This document shows, piece after piece, positions 1 through 9,550 of a stretch of 64,000 nt of DNA; within the stretch, counting starts at the first letter, position 1, and each line of letters opens with the position of its first letter. The DNA lies in assembly GCA_965644495.1 (NCBI GenBank), contig CBFFSA010000008.1:1-64000 (forward strand). Reading direction: 5' to 3'. The position numbers and the translations under genes are program-made. The notes under the pieces are model-generated. The model did not search any database. It had not been told where the DNA came from and saw only the letters and a list, made by a program, of their open reading frames with translations. The stretch is from Perkinsela sp. CCAP 1560/9 (Eukaryota; Protista; Euglenozoa: Kinetoplastea).

Positions 1-1035
1 AAGAGGGAGGAAGAGGGAGGAAGAGGGAGGAAGAGGGAGGAAGAGGGAGGAAGAGGGAGGAAGAGGGAGAGGAGAGAGGGAGGAAGAGGGAGGAAGAGGG
101 AGGAAGAGGGAGGAAGAGGGAGGAAGAGGGAGGAAGAGGGAGGAAGAGGGAGGAAGAGGGAGGAAGAGGGAGGAAGAGGGAGGAAGAGGGAGGAAGAGGG
201 AGGAAGAGGGAGGAAGAGGGAGGAAGAGGGAGGAAGAGGGAGGAAGAGGGAGGAAGAGGGAGGAAGAGGGAGGAAGAGGGAGGAAGAGGGAGGAAGAGGG
301 AGGAAGAGGGAGGAAGAGGGAGGAAGAGGGAGGAAGAGGGAGGAAGAGGGAGGAAGAGGGAGGAAGAGGGAGGAAGAGGGAGGAAGAGGGAGGAAGAGGG
401 AGGAAGAGGGAGGAAGAGGGAGGAAGAGGGAGGAAGAGGGAGGAAGAGGGAGGAAGAGGGAGGGAGGAAGAGGGAGGAAGAGGGAGGAAGAGGGAGGAAG
501 AGGGAGGAAGAGGGAGGAAGAGGGAGGAAGAGGGAGGAAGAGGGAGGAAGAGGGAGGAAGAGGGAGGAAGAGGGAGGAAGAGGGAGGAAGAGGGAGGAAG
601 AGGGAGGAAAGAGGGAGGAAGAGGGAGGAAGAGGGAGGAAGAGGGAGGAAGAGGGAGGAAGAGGGAGGAAGAGGGAGGAAGAGGGAGGAAGAGGGAGGAA
701 GAGGGAGGAAGAGGGAGGAAGAGGGAGGAAGAGGGAGGAAGAGGGAGGAAGAGGGAGGAAGAGGGAGGAAGAGGGAGGAAGAGGGAGGAAGAGGGAGGAA
801 GAGGGAGGAAGAGGGAGGAAGAGGGAGGAAGAGGGAGGAAGAGGGAGGAAGAGGGAGGAAGAGGGAGGAAGAGGGAGGAGAGGGAGGAAGAGGGAGGAAG
901 AGGGAGGAAGAGGGAGGAAGAGGGAGGAAGAGGGAGGAAGAGGGAGGAAGAGGGAGGAAGAGGGAGGAAGAGGGAGGAAGAGGGAGGAAGAGGGAGGAAG
1001 AGGGAGGAAGAGGGAGGAAGAGGGAGGAAGAGGGA
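1..1035 (+). repeat. 10-bp tandem array (GAGGGAGGAA)n, about 100 copies, runs off the window edge
   Basis: Read directly; near-perfect polypurine repeat. Confidence 0.98.
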
Positions 1036-2478
1036 CTTTCTTCCTCTTTCTTCCTCTTTCTTCCTCTTTCTTCCTCTTTCTTCCTCTTTCTTCCTCTTTC
1101 TTCCTCTTTCTTCCTCTTTCTTCCTCTTTCTTCCTCTTTCTTCCTCTTTCTTCCTCTTTCTTCCTCTTTCTTCCTCTTTCTTCCTCTTTCTTCCTCTTTC
1201 TTCCTCTTTCTTCCTCTTTCTTCCTCTTTCTTCCTCTTTCTTCCTCTTTCTTCCTCTTTCTTCCTCTTTCTTCCTCTTTCTTCCTCTTTCTTCCTCTTTC
1301 TTCCTCTTTCTTCCTCTTTCTTCCTCTTTCTTCCTCTTTCTTCCTCTTTCTTCCTCTTTCTTCCTCTTTCTTCCTCTTTCTTCCTCTTTCTTCCTCTTTC
1401 TTCCTCTTTCTTCCTCTTTCTTCCTCTTTCTTCCTCTTTCTTCCTCTTTCTTCCTCTTTCTTCCTCTTTCTTCCTCTTTCTTCCTCTTTCTTCCTCTTTC
1501 TTCCTCTTTCTTCCTCTTTCTTCCTCTTTCTTCCTCTTTCTTCCTCTTTCTTCCTCTTTCTTCCTCTTTCTTCCTCTTTCTTCCTCTTTTCTTCCTCTTT
1601 CTTCCTCTTTCTTCCTCTTTCTTCCTCTTTCTTCCTCTTTCTTCCTCTTTCTTCCTCTTTCTTCCTCTTTCTTCCTCTTTCTTCCTCTTTCTTCCTCTTT
1701 CTTCCTCTTTCTTCCTCTTTCTTCCTCTTTCTTCCTCTTTCTTCCTCTTTCTTCCTCTTTCTTCCTCTTTCTTCCTCTTTCTTCCTCTTTCTTCCTCTTT
1801 CTTCCTCTTTCTTCCTCTTTCTTCCTCTTTCTTCCTCTTTCTTCCTCTTTCTTCCTCTTTCTTCCTCTTTCTTCCTCTTTCTTCCTCTTTCTTCCTCTTT
1901 CTTCCTCTTTCTTCCTCTTTCTTCCTCTTTCTTCCTCTTTCTTCCTCTTTCTTCCTCTTTCTTCCTCTTTCTTCCTCTTTCTTCCTCTTTCTTCCTCTTT
2001 CTTCCTCTTTCTTCCTCTTTCTTCCTCTTTCTTCCTCTTTCTTCCTCTTTCTTCCTCTTTCTTCCTCTTTCTTCCTCTTTCTTCCTCTTTCTTCCTCTTT
2101 CTTCCTCTTTCTTCCTCTTTCTTCCTCTTTCTTCCTCTTTCTTCCTCTTTCTTCCTCTTTCTTCCTCTTTCTTCCTCTTTCTTCCTCTTTCTTCCTCTTT
2201 CTTCCTCTTTCTTCCTCTTTCTTCCTCTTTCTTCCTCTTTCTTCCTCTTTCTTCCTCTTTCTTCCTCTTTCTTCCTCTTTCTTCCTCTTTCTTCCTCTTT
2301 CTTCCTCTTTCTTCCTCTTTCTTCCTCTTTCTTCCTCTTTCTTCCTCTTTCTTCCTCTTTCTTCCTCTTTCTTCCTCTTTCTTCCTCTTTCTTCCTCTTT
2401 CTTCCTCTTTCTTCCTCTTTCTTCCTCTTTCTTCCTCTTTCTTCCTCTTTCTTCCTCTTTCTTGCTCTTTCTTCCTCT
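1036..2478 (+). repeat. 10-bp tandem array (CTTTCTTCCT)n, about 144 copies
   Basis: Read directly; reverse complement GAGGAAGAAA differs from the adjacent array unit GAGGAAGAGG at 2 positions. Confidence 0.98.
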
Positions 2479-2801
2479 GCAGCAACAACGACAATTTCAG
2501 GAACATCGTCAGCCTGGGCCTTCAGATACTGCTTCGACTCGACCTACTCTTCCCAATAGCGAAACACAGAATTCAGCTCAGATGGGTGCTCAAGCCATGA
2601 GTGAAACGGAACTTCGCACTCGTATTCGGCACATATGTGAACGTTTGGAAAATGAACAATTGGAATTGACCGTTACTTGGTACCCGGAAGAAGCAGGCCC
2701 TAGCAACACATTTACCTGGTTAGGAAACCCACAACCGGCCTTTTTAAACCACAACCGGCCTCCAGACACGGCCTCCCACAACCGGCCTCCCACAACCGGC
2801 C

Positions 2802-2838
2802 TCTTTAACGATAAAGATACAGTTTCTGTACCTTGTTG
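2802..2838 (+). other. Spliced-leader exon-like sequence at the 5' end of a CRE element
   Basis: TCTTTAACGATAAAGATACAGTTTCTGTACCTTGTTG, identical at 50834-50870; the ATACAGTTTCTGTAC...TTG core matches the kinetoplastid SL. Confidence 0.85.
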
Positions 2839-2880
2839 TTGTCTTGTTGATTTGTTTACTATTTTTACCCCCCCCCCGTC

Positions 2881-5544
2881 ATGGGCATGTTTACCCGCAG
2901 CAGGGCGAAGGACACTGGAGTAGCTCCAGAGGTCCTACCGCTGCCACCTTCACGCCGAAAGAAGAAAGCACCCGAGGAGCGACCTCTGCCGCCACCACCG
3001 CCGCCGCCATCCACACCACCAACACCCCCAACACCGCCGCCGCTCGCGCAGTCGCCGCCCTCGTCCGCTTCACCGACATCTCCCCCACCTCCTCCTCCGC
3101 GGCCTCTTCAGTCGCCTCTCCAATCGACGTCACCTTCGACTCCTCCGTCTCTTCCGCCGGCCCCGAAGCCATCGCCGACACCATCGCCGACGCCACTGAT
3201 GCCGCCGGCGCCATCGTCACCGCCACCGCCGCCACCGCCGCCGCCACCATCGTCGCCGCCACCGCCGCCACCGCCGCCGCCGCCACCGCCGCCATCGCCG
3301 ACGAGACCGCCATTGTCACTGAAACTAACACTGCCAACACCACGGGTAACACCGCAAATGGCAACCCCAAAACGGGCAACTGAAATAAGCGAAACGGCGT
3401 CAAAGAAGCCTTCTTGTTACGACACTCTGGCAGCGAACTTTCCGTCAAAGTTTCCGACCAGGTTTAACACACGTCGCCGACTTGAAATCCCTTCGCCGCG
3501 AAGTGAGGTGGATCCAGAACGTGAGGATCTGCCTCCGACATCGCAACAGGAAGATACGGAGACGACGCCTATCATAGTAGCCCCTGTGCCGATAGAAGCA
3601 TCGCAAGCCCCCGCGCCGTCCATAAAGATATTGCAATCGAACGAGGCGGATAATCGGAAAAACAAACAACCTTCTATACCTCAAGCATCTCCAGTGCCAT
3701 CTTTGTCGCAGTTGCCAGCGCCCCTTCCCCCGCCACAGAAATCAAAGAAGAAGGCGTTCGTTTTCCCGACGCAGAGAGTATCTTCGCCGCCAACGCCACC
3801 AGCATTCACGCCAAAGCCTTCATCGCCACAGCCTGTGACATCGTCGCCGAACACAGCTCGCACGCGCCGAGTCAGGATCATTGGTTCGTCGGGCGACTTT
3901 TCGGCGAAAGACTTTCACCGACTGCGGAAGGTGCAGGAAGAGATCGGCAAACAAAATATGCCGCCCAAAGCAGCTACACTAGAGCAACACCTTCCAATCT
4001 CAAGCAGCAAAATTCCACAGAAAGATACAAATGAACCCGGAACATGGAGCAGCAGAATCAGGAAAACGTGTTCCACGGCGGCGGCTGCCATTACAACAAC
4101 GACAAATGCCATATTCAATTCCGAAAGCGCAGCGCAATGTTGTGTTGAAGCTCACCAAGCAATCGACACATCGTCCGATTCTTCAAGAGAGGAAGATGAT
4201 CCACCCGTTGTCTCTGGCAAATCATCGCAATCGCCTATTGAATTGGACGATCAACTCGTGTATGAGTTTCACGACTGCACGTCACCTCACAGCGAAAATT
4301 TTAACGATATTGATATGCAAGAGCCAGGGCAAATGGAGGAACAGGAAACCAGCGCAGGACTGCTAGGAGAACCAGTAAATCAAGAAAATGCAAGTGGGGA
4401 AAGGTTGCTGCAACTGGCGGACAGGCGAGTCGACGCGATTAGATATGTTGGAGAGAATCTAATGACGGAGGATTATGCGGTGACAATTGCTGACTCGATT
4501 AACCCTGCCGCTCAATTTCCCATTCCGGCTGATGAAATTTGGCGCCAATCAAAGCAGATCAAGACAGGAGCCCAGTGCACAGTAGTCTGGACATTTTACC
4601 GTCAGAAGGAACTGAACATATCCAATGGGAAGGTAATAAGGACTTACAGCAAACGCGGGGGCATGGGGAAGCTCACCATAGCCTACACGGGGTATCGGGG
4701 ATACAGAAGAGGAGAGGAGTTCAAAGGTTTTCTTCCGCCACAGGACTGTGTCCGAGTCTATCGTATTTGGTGGCACCAGGCGCCGCCAGCAATCGATGAC
4801 ATCGTGCTTCGGGACTCCTTTCTGGAGAATCAAGAAATACCATTGTCTACCCCTCCAGACTCTGAAGGTATCGACCGTCTCCCTATACCTACCATGCGAG
4901 CCATCGGACCCGAATTCGCGCCATGTGTAATTTCATTGCTTCGCAACATCGTGCAGAATTACTCAACAGCAGATTACCCACTACGAAACCAGATCTGGCA
5001 CCGCCTGCTGTCGGCTATGAAATTATCCCTGGCAACGATCCGGCGCGCCGAATCAAAGGGGAGAAGGCGACGACCCCTAGAAGAAAGAACGTCTGCCACG
5101 CAGGGCAACGAGCAAGCTCAAGACACCCGGGCGATTAAGAAAGCGATGCGCCTGGCTCTGGAATGGTGTACAACAAAAGCATCAAAAACAATGGACCAGG
5201 ATTTCAAACCCAGCGGACTGTCCGATGAGGAGACTTTGGACAAGCTTGCCGAATTGCACCCGCAGAAACCATGTGATTTTAGAGCCCCGGAGGAGGCTCC
5301 GATCATGTCCAGCATATCACAAGAAGAATTACGCAGTGCGGGCAAACGACTCGCAAAGGGCGTTAGCCCAGGTCCGACAGGTATGACGGATATAATCGTG
5401 CGGTTAATGATCGATGATGAAGTATCATGTTTGAATCTTTGCCATATGCTTTGCGACCTCATAAACGGTTTCCTTGTGAAAGACGTAACTAATAGGCTGA
5501 AACGTTCACGGTTGGTGGCGATCCCGAAAGAGAATGGTGGAGTG
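2881..5544 (+). pseudogene. CRE family 1 ORF, N-terminal part (Pro-rich, Tudor-like domain, start of RT)
   Basis: SPGPTG and AIPKENGGV motifs; continues as RPVAMGE at 6658. Confidence 0.88.
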
Positions 5545-6650
5545 AAGAAGAATCATACAAATGTCGAGTGAGAAAGGCAACTACGAATGGTTACAATCTA
5601 GTGCTAGGTTGGTGCCATCCCTTCAATTCAGTTTAGCGATTCGCCCCCGACTAGGACTACCTTTACAACAACTTCCCGACAGTATTTTATGTCCCGGTTG
5701 TAGGTTAATTCTGGACTCGAGAAAAGCATTAACACATATTCCAGGATGTTCTACATGCCCAGGAAGCAACGCGACAACAAAGCATAATGCGCTTGTTAGG
5801 TATATATACGAGCTATGCTTGAAAGCCGGGATACCGTGTGAACGAGAACCACGACAATTCGCATCGTACCGTTGTTTAGGTTGCTCAGCAACCTTGAACG
5901 ACGAACAACAAAAAGAGCATCACCATAGATGCAAGAACCGCAAACTACAACGGTCAGGACCTGATCTTTTAATCCACTGGGTTTCGGGAGCTGTATTTTA
6001 TGACTTTACGGTCATACATGAATTTTCTCCATCGAATCTAGGGAAAAAGAGCTGGCAACTAATGAAAGACGCGGCGAAAAGAAAAAACGATACGTATGTC
6101 AAAACGAACAAAATCCCTGCTGAACAGTTTGAGTGCTTACCAGTTCTCTCCGGAGGCTTGCTCCACGTGAATACCCGTAATCTGCTACACAATCTCGCGG
6201 ACAGGTGCCAGATAGACCGCGAATTCATATGCCAGGATTTTTGTTTATACATGCAAGAGCTGACAGGATCGACTTTATCAAGCCACCTAAAAAAATATGG
6301 AATTACCACAGCAGCAGATGCGACTTTAGGGATATGATTTTGGGAAATGAATCTAGAATAAAGGAAACAAAAAAAAACTACAGATTAGCTGGAGTAGAAG
6401 TATACGTTTAGAAATTTAGGATGATTGACATAATGGCCCTTCGTGGCACATAAAAAAAACTCTTACAAGTTATTTTATTAGTGTGCAAAAAAAAAAAAAA
6501 AAGTTTGTAGTATGTACTTAGGGGAGACTCTCAAAAAAAAAAAAAAAAAAAAAAAAAATATTGTAAGACCTTTCCTTATTGTAAGACCTTTCCTTATTGT
6601 AAGACCTTTCCTTATTGTAAGACCTTTCCTTATTGTAAGACCTTTCCTAT
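5545..6650 (+). mobile_element. Composite insertion: 5'-truncated CRE (RLE domain, ORF 5561-6337) + poly(A) + short 3' tail + poly(A) + five 18-mers
   Basis: TSD TGGAGTG at 5538-5544 and 6651-6657; CPGC..H..C and SGPDL..YDF motifs. Confidence 0.88.
6559..6648 (+). repeat. 18-bp tandem array (TATTGTAAGACCTTTCCT)x5
   Basis: Read directly. Confidence 0.97.
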
Positions 6651-6657
6651 TGGAGTG

Positions 6658-8637
6658 CGCCCAGTCGCAATGGGAGAGGTCCTGTCTAAACTAGCTGGGA
6701 TTGTCCTGATGCAACGCTACGAAGATACCTTGGCGCCCATGTTTGCACCGATGCAGCAGGGAGTGTTTTCAAGAGCGGGATGTGAACGGATCGTTCACAA
6801 ACTTCGCGAGCGGTATACTGAAGGATACTCCATACTATCGGTTGATTCCAAAAACGCGTTCAACTCACCATGCAGGAATCTAATCGCAAAGCATGTATTC
6901 GCGTTTAGCGCACTGCGCCCATTTCAAAGGTATTTCGAAGTTGAGTATGCTGGAGCATCCGAATTATTGTACTATGGCTCGGAAAGTAAACTCGTCGGAA
7001 TTGTCCCAAGTTCGATGGGGCTTAGGCAGGGCTCTCCACTAGCTTCTCTATATTATTGTGCATTTTTACAACCAACGCTGGAAACATTGTCGCAAGAGTT
7101 TCCCGAGGTCGAGTTTCATGCCTATATCGACGATATAACGATGGCTTCGCTGGACGGCAATCGGCTCGAGAAGGCTTTTGCCCGCTTACAGGAGTTAATG
7201 TCAGCTCAGTCCATTGATTTGGCAACCGAGAAATGCATATGGTTTGGAGGCCTGGAAAGACATGACATACCAGCGTCAATGCAAGAAATCGGGGTTAGAA
7301 AGGCCGAAAGCGTGACGAAAATATTGGGTGCACGTATAGGAGAAGAATCTGAGGTGAGGAAGCTTTTGGTGGAACAATTGGAAAAACACGATAACAGTTT
7401 CAGACGGTTGAAGATGATGGGGATCAATAACATCTCGCTAAAGCTCCTGGCTCAAAGCTTGAATGTGAAGCAACAATACGCAATCCGCGTACACCCACCT
7501 TCAGAGACAGGTGAGGCTGCAGAATTGTTTGATGAAAAGGTGGAGGAGGTTATTCAGACGTGGCTGGGACTGCTGACGGCAGAGAAAATCGAGATGGCTC
7601 GCCTTTCTATTAAGAAAGGGGGATTGGGATTAACTTCGTGTAATAATATTAGAGAGGCGGCATATAATACTTCGCTTCATATGGCAAAAGAGCGCCAAAA
7701 TTCCTTTTCTGCTCGTGCCAGTGGAGTGAGGGGCAGTGGAATTCGCAACGTCGGTAACTCTCACGATCTACCACCAACACACGACAAAACGATCGCTGCG
7801 ATACACCACGACGAAGTATTGGAAAAAATAAAGAAGGACCCATTCATCTCTAAGATCCTAAGGGCAACGACCCGAAAAGGCAGCTATGATTGGATCACGT
7901 CTGATGTACGTTTAGTGCCATCCCATCATTTCGAAATTGCTATCATGGCTAGATTGGGAATTGGCCATCCACGACTCCCGGACAGACTGTTATGTCCGGG
8001 GTGCAAAATGGTGCTCACCAATCAGACCGCGTTGTTGCACATTCCAGGCTGCGTGCGGTGTGCGGGTATAAACGCCACGACGAAACATAACGCCCTGGTC
8101 AAGTATATTTTCGATTTATGCGGAAAGGCGGGCATTCCCTGCGAGAGGGAACCTAGAGCGTTCAGCACATGGCGATGCGGTGAGTGTGGTACACAGGTTC
8201 CTCCGGAAAACGAAGCGATCCATGAAAAAACTTGCAAAGGAAGGCAATATTATCGTTCGGGGCCTGATCTGGTGGTATTCTGGAACACGGGCGAAATTTT
8301 CTATAACCTATCGGTAGTCCATGAATTATCATCATCCAACCAAAACAAGACTTGCACGAAACTTCTGCAAGATGTCATCGCACGCAAGAATGAAACGTAC
8401 GTCGCCACTGGAATGATTCCTGATTACGCCTTCCAGTGTCTACCTGTGCTTTCTTGCGGATCTCTTCACCAAAACACGAGGTTCGTACTTCACGCGTTGG
8501 CGGATGCGGCAATGCTGGATCGAGGGAAAGTGGAAATGGAATTCAAATTGATGCTTCAAGACTTAAATGGAAACGAAGTCTATGCCCAGATGCATAGCTA
8601 TTTATCAAATCGGCAGACGCAGAAAATTAGTCTCTAA
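6658..8637 (+). pseudogene. CRE family 1 ORF, C-terminal part (RT + RLE)
   Basis: D.KNAFNS, GLRQGSPL, YIDD, GGLGL, CPGC, SGPDL motifs. Confidence 0.9.
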
Positions 8638-8845
8638 TCATCAGAAAAAAATTAAAGTATTAGCTTATCTCATCTTTAGATTCAGCTTACAAAGACGCGT
8701 AAGCTTACATGTTTACGGATTGAAATTCAGGAGGGATTATTTTTGAATAAAAAAAAAAAAGGAGTTTTCTTGGGTGGGGGGCCCTTTTCTATGATGGGGG
8801 GATGTGGCCAGCGTCCGGATTTCCTTTCTTAGACACCAAAAAAAA

Positions 8846-9550
8846 CCGGCCTTTGCGGAAGACGGTACTCAGATACTGAAAATTGTTTATAGAAATGGGC
8901 AGATTTTCCCTATCCCGAATCCTGGCGTGAAGTTCGTATCGATTGAAGCTGCAAGTATCCGCAACGACGTACCCCTGACTGCCTCATTATTTCAAAGTGA
9001 GTTCCGCAATTACGATGTGGGCACATGGAATGGCTATTTCCGTACAAACAGCGAATTTGCAAAAGAAATCCTCCTACAGCGATTGCGCACGGAGTTCCGA
9101 GTGCCAGTAAACATGCCACAATATCTACAAGAATATTGGGATTCTCTTTACTATTGGGTTTGTGACACATTCGTCCGGCGCGGGGTAGATAAAAACGAAA
9201 ATCCGGCGCACGCGCAGCGCGGCCAGCACGCGGTCGATTCATTACGCATGCGACTAGCTACCATGCGGGGTGGTGACGCAAACTACATTCAGGCCCAATA
9301 TGCAGTATCCCGTGATCCTGCTGATTCCCTCGGAAATATGTTGTACCGAAGCATCGACTATGCACGTACCCATCCTCCTCTTACTCGCCCTACAACTTAC
9401 ACCCCCTATTCTTCTGCACGCGCATATATACCGCAGGGCCGAGGCCGAGGCACATCAGACCTTACATTCCGAAGGGGGCGCTCAGGAACAGGTTTCGAAC
9501 GCCGTCCGGTTTTTCACCGAGGGGGGTATGGCATACAAGGCCGCCAATAG
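8846..9550 (+). pseudogene. Gag-like ORF of YR1, C-terminal part
   Basis: Lies upstream of YR/RT; RGG-rich tail; similar to the ORF at 14946-15650. Confidence 0.65.

Larger units (their letters stand above)
2802..8760 (+). mobile_element. CRE-clade non-LTR retrotransposon, family 1, full length, interrupted at 5545-6650
   Basis: SL at 5' end, Pro-rich N-terminus, RT, Cys/His motif, RLE, poly(A) at 8748-8760. Confidence 0.9.

Noticed and set aside
2802-2838. Functional SL RNA gene
   Set aside because: No shared intron follows the exon in the three copies; each runs into a different element 5'UTR
2844-3448. Ala-rich ORFs on alternative frames and strands
   Set aside because: Shadows of the CCG-rich Pro linker
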